This document shows, one piece after another, positions 26,061 through 38,550 of a DNA stretch of 64,000 nucleotides; position 1 is the stretch's first letter, and each line of letters starts with the position of its first letter. Both the position numbers and the translations under genes were made by a program. The stretch comes from Dendrobates tinctorius. Taxonomy: Eukaryota. The stretch lies in assembly GCF_039654945.1 (NCBI RefSeq), contig NW_027361675.1, positions 34,844,001 to 34,908,000 of the forward strand, read 5' to 3'. Under the pieces are notes generated by a model. It made no database searches. It was given only the letters and a program-made list of their open reading frames with translations, and was not told the DNA's origin.

Positions 26061-27110
26061 TCAATTCATTGTGACATGAATAGAGAGAATGAGTCAATAC
26101 AATTACATTTTTGTATTCAAATCTCTTAAAATTTATGACTAGATTTTCAATATAGTGTACATTCAATACATTCAAACATTTGCACATAAAACATTTCAAC
26201 AATCTATTATTCTCCCAAAATTTACTTTTTAGCTTTACATGGCAAATAATGAGTACTGGGGTAACATCTTGTACACTGTTAAGACATTAACTACTCCTTT
26301 TACTGACCATTAGCACTGAGTAGTATTAAAGGTTGTTTTCAGGAGATTTATAGCTTCTAAAGTGATAACAACTCGAAGTAGGGACTTGAACACTCCTGGC
26401 AAGTGCCCTGATTCTAAACAGTAAACCCTGCCAAAATCCCTCTTGGCTTTCACTGACGTCTCTACTCTTCAATTATGTCGTTTAACTATCGATCTTTACA
26501 CCCTACCACTTTTGTAACTGAAAGATTATGCCAGCAGTGGGCAGAGATAGAAACAGCGAGAAATACCAGTGCCGTCCCACAGCTTCTAGCACTGACCTCA
26601 AACAAATCGTCATCATGAGGCTGCGCTGGTGTCACTCACTGATTCTATCACCACACCCTGATGAATACTTGTTTGAGGGCAGTCCTAGAAGCTGTGGGGT
26701 GGTGCTGTGTTACTCACTGCTTATATCTCCACCCTCTACTGACATTTTCTTTCAGTCAGAAGCTGCGGCACAGACAGAAACAGAGAGCCAACACTGCACT
26801 CACATCTCCCACAGTGTCCAACACCCAGTATACAGGACATCTTCAGTGGGGGCAGCAATGCAACAAACTAGTGAGCAACTGCAGCACTGCCCCCTGTGAT
26901 GTCCTGTCCAGGAGGGGCAATAGACGCTGCAGGGAATGTTGTCACATTAGAGACTGTTTGCAAATAAAACGTCAATGAAAGTACAGTAAAAAAAACACAT
27001 TTATACATTAGACAAATAAGAAGTGTAGGGTATGTGTAATAATGGAAATTATAAAAGAGGTTAGGGTTTAAGGATAGATAGTTAGAAATACATTTTAGGT
27101 GCCCTTTTAA

Positions 27111-27685
27111 CTGCTATACCACCTTGGATGTATAGGTACGTCAAAGGTCTCCTCTCTCCCTTTGATGCAGGTTCCGGCAATGAACCCAAAACTTTTCTGG
27201 CACATGTGAGCACATTTGCCCTAACAGCCACGGGTGGAATCGTAATCCGCCCGCAGCTGTTAACATGTTATATGTCACTGTCAAATTCCGACAGCGACAT
27301 TTAACATGCCGGCGACGAAAGCACGTCATAATCCCCGCCCATCAGTACTTGTGTCAAAACAGCAGAATTAAGTTTTCTTGGTGGCCGCAATATTGCATGA
27401 AATGCAATAATGGGAGATCAAAAAATTGTAACTACACCAAAATGGTATAAATAATAATGTAATTTCAGCACGCAAAAAAAGCCCTCACCAAGCCCCAGCC
27501 CACGAAAAATAGCGACACTACGGGTATCGGAAAATGGCAACATTTTATTTTCTTAAAAACTTTGGAATTTTTTTTCACTATTTAAATAAACCTAAGAACC
27601 TGTTGCAAAAAAGTTATGGCTCTGTGAAAAGGGGAGCAAAAAACAAAAACGCAAAAAAGTGGAAAAACCCAAGTGGGCAAAGGGG
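27111..27685. mobile_element. piggyBac-like TTAA non-autonomous element (deleted copy)
   Basis: TTAA flanks; right end AAAGGGG-TTAA; shares segments with 61148-62723. Confidence 0.55.
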
Positions 27686-28879
27686 TTAAGAATTGTGCAT
27701 GTGCTGTCCCCTTCCCAACTAAGCACATGTACGGTACTATTGGCAGAAGGACTTTCTCTGCTGGAGACCATCTGTTAGAACACACTGTTTACTTAACAGA
27801 CTATATACCTCATACATATGCATGGCATATTCATGGGATATGCACAACAAGTGCAAGTTCCTCTTGGAAGGTTTTTACTTATCAATCAACAGAACAAGAT
27901 TCTGGTGATAATGGAGATGCAGAAAGGCCACTCCATGCAGTGGAGCTTCCAAAAGATATGCCATGAATATGATAATAGACCTTTAAAAAAAAGGACAGAT
28001 AATTTTGTTTTCTGATCTACATTCTTGAAAATAATTTTAGATATACCGCAATACTTATTTGTCCAAGAATTGGAAAAAATGCTATACGGTTATTGTCAGG
28101 TTTCAATCTAGTGAATATGGAATATTAGTAGACCCCAAAAATCATTACTGTAATATAAACTTACAGACTAATGAACAATCTAAAACAGCATGTTACAAGT
28201 TGCAGTTGCTGTACAGAGTGACAGCAATATTTCTAATTTTGAAATATCTTCATTATATAATTGAAGGGATGAGAAAAGGAAAATTCTGCAAAACTATTTC
28301 ACAGCCCTTGGGATTGCTCTACATTTGTTTTACATTGTCTTCCATTTTTCCCTTGTACTGGCACAGCTGAGCAAATATTTAGAAATTTGTAAGGGAATTA
28401 AACATTTTTTATTAATCTGTAAAAATTCATAAATGTAACACTGAATGTTAATAAACGTTACTTTAGAAAGTAAACAGGATTGTGGTTTAACACAAGTCAA
28501 GTTTTACACAATATTTCACGGCAAACACATGTTCTGTAAAAGAAAATTCTGCAGATATAAAAACAGCAATGAAAATGTAGCCTGGGGAACATTCTTTGCA
28601 TTTATGAAAATGAATATAGTCTTTTTTTTCTCCCAGTGGAAGGTTATAACAGAAGTCTATTACTTGCCAACAATACTAGCTCAAATCACAGTGAGTATAG
28701 GTGCACCTGTGAAGTACGATTGAACATTTCCACCTCCCTCTAAAAAAGAATATTGGCTATATTTTATACCTTAAAGCATACTATGACTCAGAATAAGTTG
28801 TATGTGTGTGCACAGTATGACTAATAACATTTCTAGCCATTATATCACTTGAATCCTCAATTCTTCATCAATTTTCCAC

Positions 28880-29390
28880 TCTACAGGTTCTATTTCTAAT
28901 GTCTCTTAGAAGCAATACATGATCAAAGCATAAATTCAATCTCGGTACACTTACACACAGTTTGTGAAGGATTCTGGCAGGTAGGTTGCTCCAAACATGT
29001 TGGAGAACTAACCACTGGTCTTCTGTAGATGAAGGCTTGCACAAAAATATCTGTTTCTTCATGCAATTTCACACACACTCGATGATATGGCTCCCACAAA
29101 ATTCTGACATCATCATGGGGTCAGTGTGGCATTACATAAAGAGACAAAAGGATTTGTGAATGTCTATATCCACTGAATATCTGGGGTCAGTTCTCTAAGA
29201 TGTTTGGAACAACCTGGCTGCCAAGTTCCTTCAAAAGCTGTGCGCAAGTGTACCTAGAAGAATTGATCTTCTGATGCTGGTTTGAAGACAAGAAGTTTAG
29301 ATTTATCTTTTGTTAATTTACTTTGCATTTTGTTAATTGCTTAAAAGAAACTATTAACCTTACTAGTTTAAAATCCTTCTTGATTTACAG
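28880..29390. mobile_element. Inverted pair of degraded Tc1 3' fragments
   Basis: WSNLPARILHKLCVSVPR on minus and a similar WNNL...KLCASVPRRI on plus. Confidence 0.5.
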
Positions 29391-32300
29391 CACAGTACTG
29401 TATTTTTGTCACGGTCTTGTTAGTTATCTCCAATATGTACAATACTCTCCCCATGACTCATCTAAGGGTAATTGTTAGAATCTGTTCAGTTTGTGACTAT
29501 CTGCCATTTTCTTGTAGTGTTCTGGCTGCTGGTCTTTTTCCCCTGGTGCTGGGTTTGCCTTTCGTCAGGTGATTGTATCATCCTTTACTAACCTGCACCT
29601 GTCTCCCATTCCTTGCTGGACAACAATGTTAATCCGCATGAAGTCTGGCTTGGAGCCTTGCTGTGCCTTCTGTATGTTTAAATAGTGCAGTTCTGGGACC
29701 TCTGGTTCTGCTAGTCTTAGTTTCTGTTTGCAGTTTGCTTCTGCAGCCTTCTCTGCATTTCTATTAGGAGGTGTCCCGTTTTTGTACCCAGTCCTTAGAT
29801 CTTTCAGGGACCCCTTTCCCCCTATCTATAGGCCTTCACTGAGATTAACCTAGGATCGTCGGTGGGTCTATGGGTCGCCCACTCCATCGAAGGGTATCAG
29901 CCTAGTTGCAGTGCAGGGTCAGTTTTCCCCCATCTTACCCTAGCCCTGTGCTGCAGAACCGTAACAGTAATAGGATATGTTGTGGCTGGCTGCATGCATC
30001 CCAAAAAGTCAGCCCACTTTAAAGCCCAATGGTTGCATAATTTGGCTTCACAATCTTGCAGTCGTTAGGCAAAGTTTCAGGTGCCTGCCACCAGTCGCAG
30101 GGTGTGCTGTCACCCTATATGCATTTGCTCTTAGCTAATTGACCTGATTAATTCAGAAATCAAAGGCACAGTCTTCAAAACATTTGTATGAGGCAGTTAG
30201 GCACAGGAAAGTGTATCTGAATACTGCATGTGAGATCCTGAAAGTCAGCTAGTCTACACACTGTGATAGTTTCCTTGCATTTCAGACTTATAGGAATATA
30301 CTATTTTCAGCACATGATGGCCATTCTAGCTTATGAGGTTATTGCACAAGAAATTTGCCTGTGGAAACACTTGTTTCTCTGCTGTTATGAATTACAGCCC
30401 AACTTCTCGGATTTATTCAGTCGAGAATGTTGAATATGTTGCTAGATTTATGAGCCTTGAAGGTTGCGAGTACACGAGCCTCTCTGCTGCTACCTTTCGT
30501 TTCTCACCAATGCTCGGGTTGCCCTGAGAGATTTCCGTTCCTTTCGCAGCCTGTATCTCATGAAGCAGTGCAAATTAGGCCACAGATAAAGCATCCTGTA
30601 TATTTTAAGCTCAGAACCATCAGTGTCACAGAGCCGAGAGGTAAACAGATGCCTTTGCAGTTTAATCGAGGCTATGGCCAGATGTTCCTATTCACTCTCC
30701 TGTTGTGTGCAGGACAAACATATTGTATCTACTTCACACTGACAACACACATTACCCACTGTTCTAATTGAAAAGTTGAAGTGAAGGGCAGGCTTTCTCG
30801 ATAAATTCGGTGACAACATTTGATTCTGAAAAGTAAGCTAAAAACAAGAAAATTGGAAAGAACAGAACGGTGCTGGCAAGAGAAAAACTTTTCAGTTTAC
30901 CCGCTAAAGTTGCAGCGATTGTCACCAGGCTTGGCACTTTCAGCGAGTTTACCCGCTCATGTTCTGCGGCTCCAGTTATCTGGCTGTCAAGCATGTAAAG
31001 TACAAAATGTCTGGGCATGAGTTGTGACATGAAATCCCATTGTAGGCGCCCAGGCAATGAGAGTTTATATCCAGTACTTACATTACTAATAACTCTTTAC
31101 TAATATAGCTATACTTTATTTAAGGGAAAAGGACACAATACTTTTATTGTGCTTTTATGTACATAATATAAAATTGATATTGTGGCTTAAAACTTCTATT
31201 TTACTAATATATACTGTACAATATTGGGGTTTTGGAAACATTTCAACTGTCACAACTTTCACAATAGATTTTTTGCATTTCTTCTACTAGTTTCTTATAT
31301 CCACTGTCAAAAATCCTGATACAACTCCCTATATAATTTCTGGGTGCTATATTTAAGCCAAAATACCCAATCATCATTTAGATTGTTATTATTAACACAA
31401 AGGGGCAAATTTATCACTTGCATTTTTTTGTCTTGTGGTTGCTGTTTTCTGTGGCAAATATTTAAAAATAGTGAAGCAGTTTGAGAAATTTCACCAAAAA
31501 TAAAAAATGACCTTTTTTTACGCCTTTTTACAATAAAATGTCACATGATCCTTTAAAATATTGCATATTAGGCACATCGGAGTTTGATCACAGTCTCATC
31601 ACAGTACGATACAATTTTCTCAGATGTATAGAAGATGTAACAAAAAATTCTCCATCTTCTCCATTCAGTCAATCTATGAAAATCGCACCAAACTTGGATG
31701 TCATCCCCGTTGTTTTCCAAGACTCTCTGACTTGCACGGCCAAGTGCGATCCGAATATTGGATAAAAATCGAGCATGCTGCGATTTTTCTTCAGATAGGA
31801 AAAAAATTGACATGTGCACAGTCCTATAGAATACCATGGGTCCAAGTGCAGTCCGATTGTCAAGATCAATTTTTGGATCTGTGTCAGATCTGTATTCTCA
31901 CATTAAAATGTTTTTCCTTTCAGGCCATTGGGGGTTAATATCAGTTTCTCCTCCCCGGTGGCTGCTGGTGTAATTGCTCTGCTAGGTGAGTTTGCTGATG
32001 CAGGTGGTGACCACTCCCACATTCCTTTAAAAGGTCACCTGATGCATCAGCTAACTGTTGGTTATACAGGTCCTATTGGAAACCAACCGTGCTTAAGAAA
32101 GGAGCTTTCTGGTGCAGTGGTGCTTCAGCTGAATGCTGTTATCGGGTGCATTACTCTGCTGTGCGGTGCATTGCAGCAGAGAAAGCTAAGTGTTGTTTGT
32201 CTTACCTTGTCTGTTATATTTTCCCTTGGTGTTGTATTAGTGCAGCTGTGGGACCAGTGTCCGCACTTTCCAATTCCCTACTGAGGGATAGGTGCAGGGA

Positions 32301-34945
32301 AAGCGAGGGCTAAGGTGTCCTGCTCACCGACGGTTTGAAAGAAGCCGTATAGGGACGTCAGGATAGACCAGGGCACAGCCTCAGGAGAGTGCAGGAGGTG
32401 TCCATTTTACCCGTTCCCAATCACAGGGCCCACCATTGTAATTTTATCCCCGGTGCTCACTTGTTTGTTTTTCGTTTAGTGACCGACCGTTTACTGGGTC
32501 CTGTCACACAGGGCCAGTCACTTCGTGACACCGATGTTTTGGCATATCGTACTTGGACTGAAAGTATAGCACCTGCCCTTTTTATCTATTTAAAAAAGGT
32601 GCAAAAACAATGATGAATCACGGGCAAAGTTTTTTTGCTTCGCAATAAAAAGTAGTAAAGAGGCTTCAATGTCCATATGTTGCTACTGATTTATTCATGC
32701 ATGTATCTAATTGTAGGATTTACTTTCATATAGCATGCATCTTCTCACCAAAAGGCAGCAACAGCATGTATACATCATAACCAAAGAGGTTTCTAAATAG
32801 ATCACTGAGGGTATACTTTAAGTTTTATTATTCTGAATGATAATGTGTCCTTATCATAACGGTGAAAGAAGAAAATATTGAAAAAAAAATTAAAACTTCC
32901 AAAAGAACAAAGCAGCTCTACAACCAAGGATATGTTTAGATGGGGGAAATGTAGGACAGAGATTAAATATCTCTATGATCTGACTGTAGATGATTAGATA
33001 TGCCCCAGGATGTTTTTTGAGAACTACTGCGCTTATTAAAAATTATAGTATCTTTCTGGATATACCACTTTGCCTGTAATAAAGTGACATGTTATGATAA
33101 ACTTTTGCGGCTTGAGCGCTTAAAATTCTCTTGTGAAGAAGGATATTAGGTCAGTCTAGTTTCTAGGGTTTTTTGGTTTTGTTTTTCCCTTGTCTGAGAA
33201 CACAATTACATCCTACATATCAGCAGTTTTCCTGCAGAGACGTAGGATTCCCAGGCTTTTGCTTAGGAAGTCCTTGAAGAATATAGAATTAAATGTTCTT
33301 TGGTAAAGATTGCACTTCCTCTCATATGCCTGCAGCAATCTTCTATATCCCACATAGGCGTCCCATCAAGGCAACAATATTGAGGAGTAGTTGTTCACAT
33401 TCATAAAGGGAATTTGCGCCATTAAATCCTAGCACTGCCAGCTCCACTGTACTCAGGTGTTTTCTTTAGGAAAGCTCTTACTTATTGTTTTACACAACAA
33501 ATAACATCTTCTGCTCCAAGGAGCAGACGTGCAGAATCTCCCTATGCTCTGGAACATCTTGTCATATTAATCAATGCAAGAAAGGACATTTTAAAAGACT
33601 GGTCTTAGAATAGATGCAATAAAAGTTAACAATTCATGTTGCAATGTGTGATCACAGAGGAATGCATTGGCTATAGTGTGACTCAAAAGAATGGCTATGC
33701 AATTTAGATGGTAGAGGACAAAAAAAGAGAATTTATAAATATGGTTTATAAAAAAATGAACATACAATGTAAAAAATAATGTCTAGTATACTACATGCTA
33801 TCTAACGAAATCTATCACATGGGTTAGGGTCTGCTTACACAGACCGACCGGCAGTATGATACAACCTAAAATTGGTAACCTCCGATTTACCATTCGGCAG
33901 TCGTTTGAATGCCTGCTTACATAAGCAGACCAAAGTAAACGAGCTCAGTGCGCGTTTGCTGGCATTGTACTTAGAGTTGCATCATTCTGTTTAAAATATC
34001 ATCTCACCTAATTATCGAGCGTTTTGCTTGTTCATTGGATGATTGGCAGCCTGTTTACACAGCAAGATAGCTGAAATACTAGCTTTTTTATCAATGCTCA
34101 TTCACAATTATTTTGCAGTATTTTAATCATGACAAGCTTGTTACTGCGATATAGGTAATAAATACAAATGGAAAAATATATATGAAAAAAGTTATATACA
34201 GCTCACTCTCTGATAGCTTCAGAAGAAAAAGAAAAAACTTGGAATTCCAAACACCAAAGCTCCTAAAAAAGACCATCTTTGATCAAGGTATGGTGCAGGG
34301 TGTGTGGATAACACACCAGACTGGCTTCCAGGTAATAAAGGATGAAGAGGTCCGAAAGGACTGGACTCCAGCACCGGAGGGAAAAAATAATATAAAAAAA
34401 TTGCTTTTAACTATTAAGAGCTACCGTATATACTCACGTATAAGCCGAGATATGCAGCCCATTTTTTGGGGCTGAAAGTCCCCCTTTCAGCTTGTACGCG
34501 AGTCATATACCAGGGAGTGAGCGGGGGAGGAGGAGTGGAGGTGTCGGATCATATTCATGCCTTTAATGAGCAGTACCATGTGACCGCTCAAGGAAGGAAG
34601 ACCATGGGAGAAGCGGGGGGGGGGCTGCAGAGACAGTGCCAGGAGGTGGTAAGCATATGCTATATTCACCTGTCCCCGCTCCAATGCTGCTCGCCGCGTC
34701 CTCTGTCAATGACGTTCAGGCAGCAGAGGGCGCGATGATGTAGTTAGTGTGCGCCGCGCCCTCTGCTGCCTGAACAGTCACTGACATAGGATGCGGCAGA
34801 CAGCGGTGAGCAGCAGTGGACCGGAGACAGGTGAATATCTTAGGTGCTGGGGCCCTGAGCCAGTGGGGACACCGGCACCTGGCCCCCAGCTACGGAGAGA
34901 TGAGTATGTCATTTTTTTTATTTGCAGCAGCAGCGGCAGCAGCGT

Positions 34946-36122
34946 ATGGGGGCATAATGTATGGAGCATTTTATGGGGGCATAATCTATGGGGCAGCATA
35001 TTTGGGCATAATCTATGGAGCAGCATAAGGGGCAGCATATGGGGAGCAAAATCTACGGAGCATCTTGTGGGGCAGCATATGGGGGAATAATCTATGGAGC
35101 AGCATATTGAGGCATAATCTATGGACCATTTTATGGGGCAGCATATGGAGGCATAATCTATGGAGCAGCATATGGAGGCATAATCTATGGAGCATTTTAT
35201 GGGGCAGCATATGGAGGCATAATGTATGGAACAACTTATGGGGCAGCATATGGGGCATAATCTATGGAACATCTTATGGGGCAGCATACAGAGGAATAAT
35301 CTATAGAGCAGCATATGGGGGCATAATCTATGGAGCAGCATATGGAGGCCTAATCTATGGAGCAACATATGGGAGGCATAATCTATGGAGCAACATATGG
35401 GAGGCATAATCTATGGAGCAGCATATGGGGAACATAATCTATGGAGCAGCATATGGGGCAGCATATGGGGGCATAATCTATGGAGCAGCATATGGGGAGC
35501 ATAATCTATGGAGCATCATATAGGGCAGCATATGGGGGTATAATCTATGGAGCAGCATATGGGGGCATAATCTATGTAGCATCTCATGGGGCAGCATATG
35601 GGGGCATAATCTATGGAGCATCTTATGGGGCAGCATATGGGGCATAATCTATGTAGCATCTCATGGGGCAGCATATGGTGAGCATAATCTATGGAGCATC
35701 ATATGGGGCAGCATATGGGGGCATAATCTATGGATCAGCATATGGGGGGCATAATCTATGGGGCATCTCATGGGGCAGCATATGGGGGCATAATCTATGG
35801 AGCATCTTATGGGGCAGCATATGGTGCATAATCTATGGAGCATCTTATGGGGCAGCATATGGGGGCATAATCTATGGAGCATCTTATGGGGCAGCATATG
35901 GGGCATAATATATGGAACATCTTATGGGGCAGCATATAGGGGCATAATCTATGGAACATCATATGGGGCAGCATATGGGGCATAATCCATGGAACATCCT
36001 ATGGGGCAGCATATGGGGGCATAATCTATGGAGCATTTTATGGGGAAGCATATGGGGGCATAATCTATGAAACATCTAATGGGGTAGCATATGGGGGCAT
36101 AATCTATGGAGCATCTTATGGA
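34946..36122 (+). repeat. Minisatellite, ~28/40-bp units GGGGCATAATCTATGGAGCA(TCTTATGGGGCA)GCATATG; resumes at ~36702-36930
   Basis: Tandem repeats visible directly; explains the YGAAYGG/WGSIWG ORFs. Confidence 0.95.
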
Positions 36123-36700
36123 ACAATTAGAGAAAAAGATCCATGCACAAAAAAGCGCACACCCATAAATAAAAATATGTATAGACCATGATACGTAAGA
36201 AAGTATATAAACAATTTTTATTAATAGACAAAACAAACCACAATAAAATCAATTAAAAAGACAAAACACATCACATAGGTCCCATAAAGCAGCATTATAG
36301 CATACCACAAAATAATATAATATGGGTGAAACAAGAATCCCCAAGACAAAGTAGTATATATATGAATCCTGAATACTTGCAGAAATAGTGCCAATCTGGG
36401 CGTCCCCAGAAGGCAAAAAAAGAGACAGAGGCCTGTATGAGATCAGAGTATTTGCATGAGATACCTGTAAAAATGGTGCCCCTATGAAAAGGGAGTACCC
36501 CTAAAATGAAAATATACTGCCTAGAAGAAAGCACCAAGGTAAGGCTTAGGGCTAAAATAGCCAGCAAGTCACCAACCAGGAGAGCTCATGTCAGGGCGTC
36601 GGGGATAGCAAGGCAAATGGGACAGTGGTCCTGGGACCAAAGGTGATGTGGGGAGCCCCACGCGTATCGCTGCTGGCCGCAGCTTCATCAGGGGAAGTGT
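36123..36700 (-). mobile_element. Penelope-like fragment interrupting the minisatellite
   Basis: Non-repeat AT-rich insert with a hammerhead-like motif at its 5' end on minus. Confidence 0.55.
36656..36694 (-). ncRNA. Variant minimal hammerhead-like motif
   Basis: CCC-CUGAUGA-A-GCUGC(GGCCA)GCAGC-GAUA-CGCGU-G-GGG; GAAA is GAUA and the cleavage-site residue is G. Confidence 0.5.
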
Positions 36701-37379
36701 GTAATCTATGGAACATCTTATGGGGCAGCATATGGGGGCATAATCTATGGAGTATCTTATGGAGCAGCATATGGGGCATAATCTATGGAGCATCTTATGG
36801 GGCCATAACCTTTATGGAGCAGCATATGGTGCATATATATCTATGGGGCCATTATTAACCTTTGTGCAACATTATATGGGGTGTATTTTGTATGGAGCAT
36901 CTTATGGGGCCATCATGAACTGTATGGAGCTTTATATGGGGTTCCTGATTCAATATGGATATTCAAAAACATTTAACCTACTGATGTCTCAACTAATTTT
37001 ACTTTTATTGGTATCTATTTTTTTTTAAATTTACCATTAGCTGCTGCATTTTCCACCCTAGACTTATACGCGAGCCCAATAAGTTTTCCCAGTTTCTCGT
37101 GGCAAAATTAGGGGGGTTGGCTTATACACGCGTCGGCTTATACACAAGTATATACGGTAATTAGAAAGCTGGCTCTTATGTGGATGATCTTTTACTTCTA
37201 TCTCTTCTATTTCACTAGCAAACTTACAGAGATTGTCCACTACTAGGCAACCCTTGCTTAATCAATTCAGCACTCAAAATAAAAACATACTATACTCGCA
37301 CAACTATTCCCTGAGATTAACGTGACTTGCGTCAAATGCAGTCTAAAGTGTCCGATGTATGGCAGAAGCTCATCAATAT

Positions 37380-37858
37380 AGCTGCTTTCACACATCCATC
37401 TTTTTGAATCCGGCATGATGCGGCGAAAAGTGAGAAAACCGGATCCAAAATTGGATCCGGTTTTGGCACATAGAATTTAATGATCGCCGCATCGTGCCGG
37501 ATGGACATGCGGCGCCTCAGTTTTTAGCCGGAAACGGCAAACCTGCGCCGTCCGGCGTCAGCAAAAAACGTTGCCTGCAACTTTTTTTGCCGCGCTGAAA
37601 CGTCTTTTTCAACAGCGCATGCGCGGACACTGTGAGGTTTAACCCACAAGTGCCCAGCGAGCGTGCGCGTATCTCTCTCTCCCCCCACCCCCCGCATACC
37701 GCTGCCTCTCTCGTCCCCGATGCGGCTCCATTAAATGTTTTCCAAGCCGGATCAGGCGCCGCATCTGCATCCGGTGTCACCGCTGCAGGCCTGATCTGGC
37801 GGTCCGGCTTTCTGCTGCACGCCATCGGAACAAAAACACCGGATGTGTGAAAGCAGCC
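37380..37858. mobile_element. Harbinger-type MITE inside an older T2-like MITE (~37225-38096)
   Basis: GCTGCTTTCACACATCC / GGATGTGTGAAAGCAGC TIRs. Confidence 0.75.
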
Positions 37859-38400
37859 TTTACCATCAAGAAGGACGTCCGCAAATAAACAAAATAGTAA
37901 AAGCTGCAGCTGACAAGCAGCTTCTCATTGGCTGCAGCCTGCACGTGTTGTAACGAGTCACATCACTCTATTGGAACAGGTGCGCCAACATCGCTGGAGC
38001 GGCGTCGCTGCAGAAGGTGAGTATAGATTGTTATAATTTACATGGGTGCCTCATTTTATTAAGAAGGGATTGTCCAGTAGTGGATACCCCCTTTAATTCT
38101 CAAATTCAACACCTACTTGGAACTGTCTATTGAGCACATAGGCCATTAATGCTAAAATTGTTGACTACTGATATCCCTGACAAACCTCAAGACACCTACC
38201 AACTACCTTGCAACTGCTTTGTTAAGATGTATCCTGCCTCAGGTATTCTTCCACTGTCATCAAATTATTAAAAATAGACTACCAGGAGTACATTTGCATA
38301 CCCTAAATCATTAAACATCCAGCAGTACCAAAATTTTAATTAATATTTGCATTTAAATAGTAGACTAATACATTTATTTCAAGAACATCGCATTTACTTA

Positions 38401-38550
<150 letters not shown>

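Larger units (their letters stand above)
34424..37157. mobile_element. Non-autonomous Tc1/mariner(pogo)-like element carrying a minisatellite
   Basis: TIR CCGTATATACTCACGTATAAGCCGA / TCGGCTTATACACAAGTATATACGG; TA flanks. Confidence 0.85.

Noticed and set aside
26655-26690. CTGATGA as a hammerhead core
   Set aside because: No stem II, GAAA or stem III follows.
34778-36236. Cys/Gly/Tyr-rich ORFs resembling keratin-associated or eggshell proteins
   Set aside because: They are translations of the minisatellite, open in several frames on both strands, inside a transposon.
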